A stretch of 64,000 nt of DNA from Schizochytrium sp. TIO01 (taxonomy: Eukaryota; Protista; Bigyra: Labyrinthulomycetes). A model generated the notes under the pieces. It saw nothing but the letters and a program-made list of their open reading frames with translations. It was not told where the DNA came from and made no database searches. This document shows, piece after piece, positions 51,611 through 64,000 of this stretch (the first letter of the stretch is position 1; every line of letters starts with the position of its first letter). A program made the translations under genes and the position numbers. The stretch spans positions 410,747-474,746 of the forward strand of contig SMSO01000037.1 in NCBI GenBank assembly GCA_004764695.1, in the 5' to 3' direction.

Positions 51611-51990
51611 GAATGAGTAAGTAAGTAGTAGGCAATAGGTAAGTAAGCGACCCAGTTAGTGGATGGGTAGGAAGGCATAGCTGGCGACTCAGACTCTGTA
51701 ATTTAGCACAATCGCTATGTGGCGGTAGCAGTGCCTAGCTCGACATATGAACAAGGCGAGGCGGGTGAAATGAGGGAGCACAGGCGAGCAATCGATTCTT
51801 CGGTCGGGCTAGAGGGGTGTCATCTGGGGGTCTAGACCGCGTCTCCAGGGCTGTAAATCAGCACAGAGGGCCTTCTCGGTGCCCTCGGCAGCCTCGCCTT
51901 GGCCTCGGCTGCCTTCCCATCGCCCAAGGCGCACAGCGGCACCGTTTTGTTGCGCGAGCCTGCTCGGGCGGTTCCCTGCTTATCCCTATA
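50930..51990 (-). mobile_element. Fossil Ty1/copia RT remnant upstream of HscB
   Basis: DGKAAEAKARLPR..IYSPG, FQRSGRNWGLETERIRRRGG, PGVIHLWRLFKARG. Confidence 0.55.
51572..51646 (+). repeat. (AAGT)n microsatellite, degenerate at the 3' end
   Basis: Direct reading. Confidence 0.85.
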
Positions 51991-52026
51991 CAATCAACTT
52001 TTGAGCCAACTTTTCTGCTTTTTGAT

Positions 52027-52070
<44 letters not shown>

Positions 52071-54246
52071 TTTCTTTTATTTTTTCAATAAGTGTTTCAT
52101 CAAAGAAATGCTTTTCTCTGGTTTATAATAACACTTATAAAGTACGTATGTATCTCTCTGTCTAGCCAGAGAATTTATCAGGATCAAAGGAAAACTTGCT
52201 CGCCGATGAAAAGCTTCTTCTCCTTCTTCTTCGTGGCTCAGCTGTGGCATCGCGGCCAGCGAATCAAGAAAGAGCTGTGAAGCCGGACGAGGCGAGCTTC
52301 AGACGGGCTTTTCAGGGTTTTCCAGGGCGATATTCCGTGTTGCCACTGCCTTCCGCAGGCCTCTTCTCAGGCCAAGGGAAGAAGAAAGAAAGAAAGAAAG
52401 AAAGAAAGACGAGAAGGCACATGCTTAGCTCCCCGTCCTTTGAGAATGAAGGCTTTGGCGCCAATTGACGGTCAGGACGCTGGGCTTTGGTCTCCTCCTC
52501 GAACCACCCCAGTCCTCCCTCCTCTGCGACTATTTGGTGGCAGTGGTCTCCTGAGGACTGTGGATGCCTGATTTCCCAAACTATCCCACAGTCCATCATT
52601 TACATGAGGTGAAATGTTTCCCGGTCTTTTTCTCCCCCTTGCCTAGCTAGCTAGCTAACTCGTTTAGGTTTTCTTCTCCCCTGTATACCCAGAACGCTAG
52701 GACTCTTAGCCGACCTTCCCAGAATGCATCAGTAGCACTCATAGGAGTGGCGCTAGCAGTCGCGACCTAAGAAAGCAAGAAAAGCAGACGGACTCATCGC
52801 TCGCGGAAGTAAGCAAATGTAAGTAAGTAAGCAAAAGCAAATGTAAGTAAGCAAGTACTCCAAAGGAAAGGAAAGGAGAGGCGAGCGAAAGATAGATAGC
52901 TCAGTGCTTGGATGGACAGGCACAGGGGATAGACAGAATTAGCATATACATATGTACATAAATATACATAAATATGTAGATAGATATAAATAATGGTGAT
53001 GACAGAGTAATGTTATTAAAAATTGATATACGTAGTCAATTAGGGAGGCGCCACATTCTGCCATACGAGTAGCATAGCAAGCACTAGTGCCTGAACAGCC
53101 TAGTTGTAGCTAGCTAGCTAGCCAGCGAAGGCACGAATCTCATCGATGTGGCTGTGGCTGACCGCCTGGCCTCTCTAAAGAGCTCTCTGGCTGTCACGAG
53201 TGCTGCTAAATTGAGCTTTAAGGGGCCTATCGTGGACAGCCGCCACAGATCTATCTCATACTGGGCTCGTTTGGGCTGGCCGACTGGCGGAAGGACCCCT
53301 CATGAATGATAGCTAGCAGTAGCTGAGTTTTGTTATCTATACAAATATTCTATTTTCAAAGGTTATTTTCAGGATTACAAATTAAAAAAACAAAAACAAA
53401 AACATTTTTGTTTAAAAAAGTAAAATTGCTCCTGGAGAAGATGATCATGAAACATAAATTTTGCAATTTGTATGTAGTGATTGCATTTCTCAAGGCTTTA
53501 GGTGTCAATTTGTACAAACGAGGCACCCTTTCTTTCTCTACCCTCCTGTGCTCGCTCGCTCGCTCGCTTGCTTGCTCATCAACAACCACGAGAGAGCGAA
53601 GATGCCACGCAAATTGACGTCTGAGCTCTCCACCAACTAACTCCTCGCTTTGCCTACTTACTGCCTACCTCTGTGAGTTAATGAGTGAGTGGGTTTTCAC
53701 TTCTCTGTCCTCTGTCTGATCATTGAGAGAAAGAATGAGGGAATGAAAGAAAGAGTAAAATGACTGAGTCAGAACTCGGATGCATTTCAAGCGAACTATG
53801 GAATCCGCCCCTCAGCCAGACATCTTTTTCCTGGGACGCTCTAGCACTCTTCCACTTCCCCTATTGGATACAGTGGAAGCCAGAGTGACAGCTTTCCCAC
53901 CTCTCCACACACGCTACTGGGGCGGTCTTCCTCACAGCAGCACTACATCCATGAGCGCCAGTGGAGACTAGAGGAGCGCGCCTTGAAGCCCTTCTCACAA
54001 GGCCAACGCCTCGCGGAACGGCTCACAGGTAGCGAGCGAGAAGCGCAGCGCCCGCGAAAACAGAATCGGGACTAACGCCAGATGCGCTTCTTTCCTTCCT
54101 CTTTCCTTTCGCCGCTTCTTTCTCTCTCTTTGCCTATCTGCTTAAAAAAGATGAGTGCTCTGAGAATTGATAGATAGATAGATTCATTGATTGGTTGATC
54201 GATTGATTGATTGAGATATTGATCAGAGATAATTCTTCGGCGCAAG

Positions 54247-54313
54247 GATTCAAATTCTTCGGTGATTCAAATTCTTCGATATTCAAATCCTTCGATGATT
54301 CAGAGTCTTTGAT
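54247..54313 (+). repeat. 16-17-bp degenerate tandem repeat GATTCAAATTCTTCG x4
   Basis: Direct reading. Confidence 0.8.
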
Positions 54314-54653
54314 TGTCTCTTCGCCGGGAGGGTAAGGAGGGCGTAGAGGGGGCTAGCAGTTTCTGAATGAGTTGAGGTTCAAGTCGTTCATCTGAAAACA
54401 CCTGCCCAAGAGTAGATCGGGTGGGGTTCTTCCCTCCGGCGAGCCGGGCTATCTCGGCTGCCTTGAGGTCCTCGCCAACTCAAACCTGAAGGCCACGCTC
54501 GCTCGAGAATGACCGGACGCGCTGCTGGGTGTGTCCTGAGCCGCAGCGGCCCGGCCGAGCCTGGCGATGCCATACGATGGGCTATAGCAGAACTTGCCTC
54601 TTTGAAACGCGGCTACTACTCGTAGATAGATTTGATGGAGTGCAAACTTGTGT

Positions 54654-54659
54654 TGCTGC

Positions 54660-54689
<30 letters not shown>
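54654..54689 (+). repeat. (CTG)n microsatellite
   Basis: Direct reading. Confidence 0.9.
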
Positions 54690-54691
<2 letters not shown>

Positions 54692-57600
54692 CAAATTAAA
54701 GAGTGGAGAGCAGGGCAAAAAGCGGTAGGACTGGGTATGAACCCGGGTCCTGAAGAATTGCCAGCGAACGTCAAAGTAGACGCTAGCGGAGTTGAAGAAC
54801 TCCAAGAACTCGTCGAAGAACTTGGAGTTCAACGACAACTTTTTGAGGCGCTGGCTAGCCCATATAGTCTGCCAATACATATGTAGGTAGTCCTTACACT
54901 CAAGCGTCGGCGAGCGTGCGACTTTTGCGGATCAACGAAGCTGCGAGCGAGGCCTTGGGCGCTTCCAAGGTGACTGAGTCAGAACACTTCAACGAATGTA
55001 ACTCGCCAATTCCTCATTCATTCGAAGGCATTTGTTGAAAATCAGCTGACTCTAAGTATGCCAGCCTGCAGCACCAAGCACCTTGTTTGGCGACCTCGAC
55101 GAGGTCGCTTGCATCTTCATCGTTCGTTCGTTTCTTCGTTCGTTTCTTCGTTCGCTCCTTCAAGAAATAATGAAGGCCTCCAAGAGCCCAAGGCACGGCA
55201 GCGTTGATGGAAGTTGGATGAAGGAATGTGCTTGCGCGCTGTTGCGTATCGCGGTGCCGCTACCAACTTCTTCGCGGGTGCTACCGATATGCGTGAAAGA
55301 AACCCGCCGCAGGCCTTGTGGAACCTCTGCCTGCGAGCAGAATGGAAGTCGCCGGCTTCACCTACCTCGCTTCGAGCTCGCCGGTCGAGTCTCAATGTCA
55401 TATGTCATCAGGTTTTCTGCCTTGTCCAGAGTTCGTGCTTCTCCACAAAATATACTGATCGAACAAAATGGATGAATCAATCGATCAACAAACGAATACA
55501 CCACTTCTAGCAGAGGATTAGCTCTCGATGTAGACAACCAAGAAGGTGTAGCAAAAACAGCCGTGAAAAGCAGCCGAAGCCGCGAGCCACATCGGACAAT
55601 GGTGGCACCACTCCCTTCAGAGGCCATGCTACTTTTGTTCGCTCTGGTCGGCATAAGCAGTGTGACATGAGCAGCAGTGCCCCTCATTTTAGTAAGGCTG
55701 TTTATGTCGCTGAGCAATCTTTTCAACTTTTTGAAGAACAAAAGAAAAGACTGAAAATAACAAAAGCAAAATACAAAACCAAAAAAGGAGAAAGAGTTTT
55801 TTTTTTTAAAGTAAAACCCAAGAAACAGCAGCAGCTTCTGCAAAAGATACCCCAAATGGGCTGCGGTTTTCCGCCTGATGCTGTCTAGTTCGACTCAGTA
55901 CTAGGTGAGTGAGCGAGTACCTACTACGACAACTTCGCAACTTCGCAACGAGAGCGATAGCGATAGCAGCAACAGACAGCACTCAGAGAGCCGCCTTGAT
56001 AGTCATACCGTGCTATCTCTCAGACCTGGCGCAGCAGAAGTCAGGAGTCCGAGCACACCAAGCGAGGCCACCGTCCCTCAAATCTCCAGAGCCAAACTCA
56101 TCAGCATGTAGGACAATTACACCTCGCTTCATAAGAGCGCTCTTGCCGCTGCTCTTGCCGCTACTGCGATGGTACATGCATGCATGATAGAAGGCAAGGC
56201 AAAGTAGGAGACCTGGTACCTACCAACTAGTTTGGTCAATCTTCCGTATTGTCTCGTGTCATGAAGGCATGGTAAGACATACGGCACTCACTCTTCTTTG
56301 GTCTTCTTCGCGGTCCAGGCGGCATTGGGCGAGCAGGCCTGGCCCTGGCATCGATTTAATGCGTCGCAGCCCAACTTGACGCCAGGACACATCGTCTCTG
56401 CGAAGGCCTAGCGAGCGAGGTTGGCCTGCCTCAAAGGCCTCGTCGCTCGAAGCAGCCGCTCAACTCCTCACACTCCTATCTTCTACAGGGACGATTCTTG
56501 ATCGATTCTCGTTTAGGACCTCGAGTTCTACTCTGCTTAGTACCGCGAACTATGTATGGGCTCACTGTGGCTGCCGTATGTAACTACATAGTATGATCGT
56601 TCAAAGTTATCCCGTCGCTTCATCAAAGAAAGGAGACAGACATTGTGGGCCTCGAGAACCTCCGGCACGACCTTCTGCACTCCTGTCAGCCGAAGCAGGG
56701 TACACCGGTTTGCAAGAGGGCTTCGCAGAGTCCCAGAGTCCCAGAGTCGCGGAGACACGATGGATCTTCAGGCATGGGCCATTCGGTTCTTCGGTTTGCA
56801 GTGCAGAGCCACGGAAAGATAGACAGCCCGACTGCGAGCCACGCGGAGGTGAAATCCCTTTCTTCACTTGAGAAGTGCGTCTTTTCGTTACCAGAGGCCC
56901 ACGAAAACAATTTTTCTTCTTGAAGAAGTCGGAAAAAAAGGCTGAATCTGTTGTTTGTTTGTTTGTTACAAAAAAGGGGAATGAAAGGACCACCACTAGC
57001 GCTATAGGTAAGTAAATAAGTAGAGCGAGCGAAGCCTTCCCATCCGTTCTGTTTGTTTGCTGCGTACATTTCGCTGCGGAAGAATAGGCGCAGAACCAGC
57101 GTGTCGTTCTATGCCCGTGTCTCCCTCAATAGTCTGGGCAGCTTGATCGATTGTTCGAACAAGTGCAGAGTATTATAGACCGCATTTTTCTGGCGGATTC
57201 CGCGAACGCGAGATTGGCTGAGGTCTCTAAACCCCGCCGCGTTTTGAGTTTGTACTAAAGTCCTCGTGATGTTCTATAAAATTTGTATTTCTTTACTATT
57301 GTGTTAGTGCGTTTACTACTTTAAAAAGGAACTTGAAAGTTGTTTTATTCTTCTTCTTTCAACCTCTTTCAACCTTTTATTTTAAAAATTAACTTTAACC
57401 ATTTAAAATACATATATACAAAACTAGAGGTAAAACTAACAATATTGCTATACCATCATTTGACCCACAACTCATCAAAAAAGCAGAAGCAGTATCATAC
57501 TATATATTTGTACCACCTAGGTACTAGCGAGAGGCATAAGTAAACCCGCTTGGTAAAGCGCACTTAGTATAAACACTAGCGTGAGAAGTTACAACTTACA

Positions 57601-57989
57601 ACGACCTCTTCTTCCGTCTGATCCAGAATTCGTTGGCTCTTGCTTCGATAAGTTCCAAAAGGGCTTTCTTTTTCTTTTTCGCTCTCGTTCTCGTTTTCTG
57701 AGAGGCCTTTCACAGATAATGAATAATCTTCGCCTTTCCCACTTTTGGTGTGCTAGCTAAAGAAAACATAGCGAGCGCAGTGTTTACTTTCTCGATCTCC
57801 TTTTCGAGGTTCTCTTCGTATGAGCGTGGAACTCCGAAGCGCCACGAAACCATCGATCGTAGCTCAGGATGGTCCGCTAAGGTTGTTGAGCCCGCGTGAA
57901 TTCTACCCCCGCCACGAGTTCGAGCCTATAAGTTCGAGCTTTTAGTAACCTTTCGGCTATCATGAACTAACTGCGCACAAACTCAGGTC

Positions 57990-58860
57990 TCCGGCACAAG
58001 AACCGAAGAATACCTATCCTCGCGAGCACAGCATCGCGAGCAAAGCTTTCTTTCTCTCCTGCCCGTGGTCAGAGGTTCGCTTGCTAAATTGCCAAGCTGC
58101 CAAGTTGCGAGGTTGCTCTGGCAGCCTGAACCCGAAGGCTGGCTTTGACAGCAAAGTCCTCGCAAGCACAAGAGCTCAACGGCTCGCCGCGTCATAGCTA
58201 GACTCGGCTTTGCGGAGACTGACGACGGCTGGAACCGCCTTGTTGCTGTAGCACTCACTTGCAACAACGATAGCGGGTTGGGCATGCATTTGGAGATGTC
58301 GAGTCGAGGCATACGCAATGCAGAGGGCCAGTTCTTTCAAGTTGAGCGGGGCTCGAAAAGACGACCGTCGTGCTTGAAGTAGAACGGTACTCAGAGCTCA
58401 CGATGAACCACCGCAGAGGATGTGAGTCGTTTTAGGTGTACTGCGAAGGGAGTTCGCGCGGCTCTCGAGATAGATAGATACATAGATAGATGGATAGATA
58501 GATGGATAGGTAGGTAGGTAGGTAGGTAGGTAGGTAGGTAGGTACTTCCTGCCAACCTACCAAGTTGTGAAATAAGGAGCAAAGGCGAACACGAAGAAAA
58601 GGCGTCGAGTTCCCTCCGAAAGAAAAGGCAAGAGGAACTTGGGCCTTCTTCTGAACAGTGCCGTCGCGCAGGAGGAACTTCTTCGAGCGCCAACCAAATT
58701 GTAGCTAGGTATCTACTTTTATGATAAATGGAAACGCAGAGAATTCAGAAAACTGGTCTACATGGAAATAGTAAATGTTTCCCGACCAGAGGACAAGCAA
58801 GGTACCTAATATGCTTCTTAGAGTAGGGTCGATGCGCCTTTCTTTCCAAGCCAACTGGTC
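57990..58860 (-). mobile_element. Fossil Ty1/copia integrase remnant
   Basis: WSGNIYYFHVDQFSEF, HCSEEGPSSSCLFFRREL, MPRLDISKCMPNPLSLLQV..AKPSL..VELLCLRG. Confidence 0.55.
58468..58544 (+). repeat. Graded compound microsatellite (GATA)n-(GATG)-(GGTA)n
   Basis: Direct reading. Confidence 0.85.
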
Positions 58861-59449
58861 TTCAAGCCCAACGTAGACCAGAACTTCGACTATTGTTAAA
58901 CTAGCGCAAGGAAAACAAACAAACAAACAAACAAACAACAGGCAATGACTCTTTCTTAAATTTCATTTTTTATGTTATTGTTTAAACGTATTAGAATCAA
59001 TCAACTTCAACGAGACTTGAGAAGCCCTCGAAGGCCCCAGGCGCTTCGTAGGGTATGCTTCTTACGTTCTAAACACCGCGGAGCTCTTGCAATGGGTCTG
59101 TTTGGCAAACTTGAATGAAAGTCTAACTTCTTGACGCTTATTTGTAAAATGAATAAATAAATAATTTATAAACTTATAATTCTTATAAAAAGACAAAAAC
59201 AGAGAGAATTAGTATATTATGTATAAAACATCAAAACGCGAAGGAAGAAATCGGACTCGGATGAGCGATTTTGAAGTTAATTATTTCTTCACATGGGCCA
59301 GCAAACAAAATAAAAAACGAAGTTGACCCAAAGGAAATCATCGTCGATTGAGTCGAGTTGACCGCGAAAACCCGCGAAAGCATCCCGACATGCCCAGTTT
59401 TCGCATGCACTCGCAGTGCAAAACCAGGAACTAAGCACTCTCATCGACC

Positions 59450-59800
59450 AAAACATCATCACACAGAAAGAAGCCCCGCGAGGCGCGCCTTGGACTACCT
59501 AGTGAAAGACTAGCTAGTTCTACCAGCAATGGCACCCCTTCTGAACCTGCGTCTCCTGCGTCAGTGGAGTCAGGTGACTTCAGGCAGACAGCAATAGCGT
59601 AGTACGATCCTTCTGCGATTGCGGATGATGGCGTAGTGCAAAAGTACCTAGATAGGGACCAATGAAGAGTGAGGGACCGACCTTTGAAGTCTATTGAACC
59701 ACCACCAGCGTTAGGTAGTAGGTAGGTAATATAAAAGAGAAAAGTACCTAGTGTAGGACAGCTTTCTTTTGGGGTTTGGATACCTATGCAAGATGGATTT
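59450..59800 (-). mobile_element. Fossil Ty1/copia RNase H fragment
   Basis: GGSIDF..LTLHWSLSRYFCTTPSSAIAEG. Confidence 0.5.
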
Positions 59801-60370
59801 ATGAAAGCTTTAAAGTTTACAGAAGTTCTTCGAGAGGCTAAAGGAGAGGGGTTTGATGAACTTTGCTGCACATGCAGATGTTGGATGGCGGATTACTTTT
59901 TCTCACATCAGAAACGATATATTTCTAAATGTAGCAAAAATAGCCGTAAAAAGAAGGAGCTAACTTTCAATGTAAACTTGTGAGGAAAGTCATTGATAAA
60001 TGACTTTGCATTTAATTGGTTAGATGTATTCTTTACATGTTCTATCCCTACCTTTTTGTGGACTAAACTATTCACAAGATTCAAGCATATTACTACTCAT
60101 GTCTATATGCATTAAATAGAGGGTTTACGCAAGCCAAGGAATTCACAAAAATAACCTCTAACTGGTGAAAACGCTTCTAGCGGGTTCAATTAAAAATTTC
60201 AACTTCAAATAAGGAATAAGTCCCTGCTTACCCTTGTACTTCAAGCATAGACTGGAATCATGTAAATGACCTAATATTTAATTCAAGGGGTTTTTGGAAA
60301 TCAAATCTCTATTTTTCTTTTTTTTATTTCGAAGGTCAAACTACAGCTGTAAAGAAATCAGCAGCCTGAA

Positions 60371-60413
60371 TAGGTCTAAAACAGCTGTGAGAGGTCTAAA
60401 ACAGCTGTGAGAG
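60371..60413 (+). repeat. 20-bp tandem duplication GGTCTAAAACAGCTGTGAGA x2 downstream of the MIF gene
   Basis: Direct reading. Confidence 0.85.
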
Positions 60414-60487
60414 ACAGCAAAGGATCAAATCGCATTGGCAAATCTTTCACTTCACGCTTTCATATACTCAAGGTGGATCTTTTAGAC

Positions 60488-60838
60488 TTAGCTAAAGATT
60501 TCTGCCACCGTCTTGCCCATGAATCCCCACTGCGTAGCTTCGTAAGTACAGTAGTTGATGAAGATACGGTTCGTCTCAAGCTTCAGGTGCTCGCACAGAG
60601 TGTCAAAAAAAGGGCTCATGGTTTGCGTGAGCTCACCTCCAATCACTTGAATCTCTACCATTGCGGTCGGATCGTCGGTCGCGGCAAAGAGAAGAGACTC
60701 GGAATATACAACATCGCACATGAAAAGCTCTTGCGGTTTGCCCAAACCTTCGGAAGCCTTGGCAACCAAAGCCTTTCCCAAGGCCTTCTTCTGGTCACTG
60801 TCCACACTCACATTCGTTGTCACGCGAATGAATGGCAT
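60488..60838 (-). CDS. Macrophage migration inhibitory factor / tautomerase family protein, 116 aa
   Basis: MP start (catalytic Pro1), MPFIRVTTNV, LGKP, IQVIGG, RIFINY, WGFMGKT; length typical of MIF. Confidence 0.9.
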   Translation of the reverse strand: MPFIRVTTNVSVDSDQKKALGKALVAKASEGLGKPQELFMCDVVYSESLLFAATDDPTAMVEIQVIGGELTQTMSPFFDTLCEHLKLETNRIFINYCTYEATQWGFMGKTVAEIFS

Positions 60839-62099
60839 ATTGGCTTATTCTGCTTTCAGGTTAAACTCACTCCGCACCTTGCTCGACGTTCCGCAGCAGA
60901 CTATGTTATGCTTCGAAGCAGTTTTGGTTCTGGTTTTACCTTCCCTTTCGCAATTGCTCCCGCCTTCTGATACCGATCTACAATTTAAGGGGCATAACCC
61001 AAGACGCTTAGTTGATATCCTAGGAACTCCTAGTTTGTATCTTTTGGCTCTTACTTTGTTTCAGCACCTCAATCCTTTCGCACATGGGGCTCTCTTGGAC
61101 TCTCTGATCTCGGACTTTCCTCGAGGATCATCCGCCTTCGAGCGCCTCACTAAGCTTGAGTGTATGAACGTGAGGTTTCACACTGATGATTAGCCGAAAT
61201 TGTTGAAAAACTCCAAAGAAACCCCCATCTGGTCCAGCACTTGCTTTGTCTGTCGCATGCACGAAATCTTCTCAAAGGTCCTTCTTGTCAAGAAAGCTTC
61301 GACACGAGTCAGACCTGTCCAGAAGTCCGAGCGGCGTTCGCAGCGACTCTGAAAACAGTCTGTGGACAACGCAGAAGGCAAGAGTAGCGGGGTCCGGTTG
61401 ACTGAGCACAGAATGCGACAGCGAAAGAGTTAATTAGGATTGCGCTAGATAGTGAAGATTGTATGTACCAGAGGTTATGTTATGTTCTGCGTGTTAACTT
61501 TCGAAGCATAGCTGCTTTTCTCCTCTCGTGTAGCCAATCTTGAAGAAGATCTTAAGCCTGTCGGTGGCGAACTGGTTTGGTGGTGTGCTCCATCTCGACT
61601 CCACCACCTACGGGCTTGGAGATGAATTTAGAGATGGGAATCCAAGATTTCGCAGAGGGGATCTTTACATACACACATACATACACACACAAGCACGTGG
61701 TTAGTACATGTATCAAGTGCGAAAATGTAGATCTTAAAGTGCACTGGAAGTTTTTCGGCGACTGCCTCACAGGAGTTCTACGGGAGAGACGATGGCGATC
61801 CTGAAAGGGGGAGAACATAGCGAAGGAGCTAGGTGACCATGAGTGGTCAATGAGTTGGGACATCTGGAAAATGGTTTAGCCTCCAAGCCTTCATCCGCTC
61901 GCGTGGGCTTGAAAAACTGCGACGCGACAGGTGCTTATTGCCTATAAATGAAATACAAATGAACACATGGACACGTGGACTTTGTTGTCTGTTGTTCTCT
62001 GGGTGGCCCTTTATGCACATGCGCCTTCAAGTACCACAGCACTGTCGTAATTGGACTAACAGGAGGGCTGTCAATTTGTTGGTATCATATGCATTTTCT

Positions 62100-63320
62100 A
62101 GCACTGAATTAAACTGTGAACATGATGGTGCTTGTAAGTGGCCATGATAGACAGTCCAATGTTTTGCACCATTTAGTGAGTACATCAATACTGTTCCCGC
62201 GTTTTATCCTGATCTCTTCAAAGATATAGAATCATTGCCAGTGCGGCGCAGATATTATGAGCAAGAGGCATTCTTGACAGAGTTGATTCGCCGTCATAAT
62301 CAGACCTACTAATTTTATAAATTGTATCGCATTATTATCCTTGGGTCAGAGGCAAAGAATGGTTTTTGACAGTTTCTATTGTAGATGTCTGGGTTGCTTG
62401 AGAACCCATAAACAAGCTCATCCCCAGTGTGAGCGAACTTCCGTCGATGATTTGTTTACTTCTTTTGAAGAAATAGGTCACAACTCTGCAGCACAAATTA
62501 GACCAATAACTAATCTGTGAGCAACGAAAAAGACTTCAAACTCATAAAACTGTCATCATACAGAAGGCAGGTCTTTTGGACAGGTAATTTTTTAAAACTG
62601 TGAAGGCTACGTGGATACATTTCATCCATCCCAGCAGCGTTTGAAGCCTTGAAGGTGAAGCAAATCACACCTGGGGTTGATTGGTTAAAATCTAAGCAAC
62701 CAGACAAGCAAAACACCATATTATAAATACTTCGAAATTCGTCACAATTCTCCGTTAAATAGAATTTAGACGACCCATGTTCAATCTTCGGCAATCCTGT
62801 GAACAAGAAGTTGCTCATCATCACCTGCATTGAATATACTTGCATGAGCAGGTGATAAATACGACAAAGCTCTAGAAAGACCCAAGATGCGGCTAGACTC
62901 GCAAAGCTTCTCTGCCGGTTGACATTTCCCCAATGTCAAAACTCACCGCTATCAGGCTCTGAGCAAATAAGGTCTGCGAAGCTCTTTCCGAAGGGAACTG
63001 TTCTATCACTCGGTTGCTCTTATTTCTGTGTTCTTGAAAATACCTCATTGTCAGATCCGAGGCCCTATCGATCATGCATATCTTCCAAGGGCCCTTACTA
63101 TTTACGCATGATTTATCCACAGAGACTGCAAGTCCTCATGAACCGTGACCTCCAAGGTCATCCGTCGACACCTCTGTGTTTCGCACATCGAATGTCTTAA
63201 GTTCTCATCTTGCAGCAGTAGCCAGGATCTCTATCGCAGTCATGTGCCCGTCTGTAATGAAGTCTCTGACTCCATGCAAGGTCACCATACCTACCGTTCT
63301 TTGCGCCCGTCGTCGCAAGG
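62100..63320 (-). mobile_element. Decayed Ty1/copia RT-RNase H remnant (may extend to window end)
   Basis: EILATAAR*ELKTFDVRNT, DRASDLTMRY, VSFDIGEMSTGREAL, DEFRSIYNMVFCLS, CDLFLQKK*TNHRRKFAHTGDEL. Confidence 0.65.
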
Positions 63321-64000
63321 TCATTTATTCCTCGGCGCAAAGCTGGTCGCTGTGAGCTCTTGCGAGTGACCAAAGAGTTTATGTACTACCTGCTGTAACT
63401 CTACATCCCACACAAAACCGCACTTGTCTTTTCCGCAGTACGCAATGGAGCTGCTGTCTGAGCTCACAGATACGTCTACGAGCTCGTTGCCACGTATGCC
63501 CGCGAAGCCGCAATTTGCCGACCCTATGCTGCATCTCGCAGTGGATTGTGCAACCGCACGGGCTTGTTAACGCTGGTTGTTAATTCATACTTGCCTGCGA
63601 AACAGGCAGCAAGCACCGCGGCGCGGTGAGATGGAAGTTCCACGCTCTCGTGGAACCGCTATGCAATTTTGAGTTTTGCTTCTCTATTAGAATGTCTCCC
63701 TGCTTATGGACAACCAGACAAATGATGTGATTATTACAAAATCCTTTTGTTCATTGTGAGGAACAAGCTCGTCGTTGCGAAAAGGCTCAGTTTGCTACAC
63801 GAGGCAGAAATTTGGTTCAAGGAATGGTTCAGTTAGCTTCTAAGGCTCATGTAGACTGTTTGCTGAATGCCAGAAGACTAGGTACTGCCTCGTGCTGCGA
63901 ATAATGTTAGGCGAGTTTCATGAAAGAGGCTTTGGAAAACCTTCCCTGGAAAACCTGCGTGAAGACGTACGTGAAAATGCCCCAAAGCCTAATAAATTGG

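Larger units (their letters stand above)
53780..57170 (+). mobile_element. Fossil Ty1/copia PR-IN-(RT mostly lost)-RNase H remnant
   Basis: IFFLGRSSTLPL..VTAFPPL (PR-like), LLLVDRFDG, VKVDASGVEELQELVEELGVQRQL, AVAYRGAATNFF..NPPQALW, AVQSHGKIDSPTASHAEVKSL. Confidence 0.6.

Noticed and set aside
54247-54313. CRISPR-like array or tRNA T-loop
   Set aside because: Contiguous short tandem units without spacers or cloverleaf; no CRISPR, tRNA or rRNA recognised anywhere in the window.
60407-61193. Plus-strand ORFs of 187 and 157 aa
   Set aside because: Antisense to the MIF gene with no recognisable motifs.

Overview
Eukaryotic nuclear DNA, probably from a thraustochytrid/labyrinthulid stramenopile. 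That assignment is an inference from intronless genes, strongly C-ending codons in Hsp70 and microsatellite-rich spacers. Only four intact genes are supported: a Janus/Ocnus phosphohistidine phosphatase (31135-31806 +), mitochondrial Hsp70 (42131-44176 +), its Fe-S co-chaperone HscB/Jac1 (49686-50516 -) and a MIF/tautomerase (60488-60838 -). Between Hsp70 and HscB lies an AT-richer island of about 4.5 kb holding a frameshifted PD-(D/E)xK nuclease + kinase (Crinkler-like) pseudogene, an EGF-repeat remnant and an unknown broken ORF. Translating the apparently empty spacers by hand suggests that most of them are fossil Ty1/copia pol sequence: about 25-30 remnants on both strands, with domains in copia order (PR-IN-RT-RH), none intact and no LTR pair visible. 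On top of these fossils lies a spatial pattern: AT-rich islands roughly every 1.3-3.4 kb that seem to be in-place rewrites of pol rather than insertions, short zones dominated by palindromic words, and microsatellites grown from motif codons. All fossil calls are by-eye matches to the copia consensus with approximate boundaries and need HMM confirmation.
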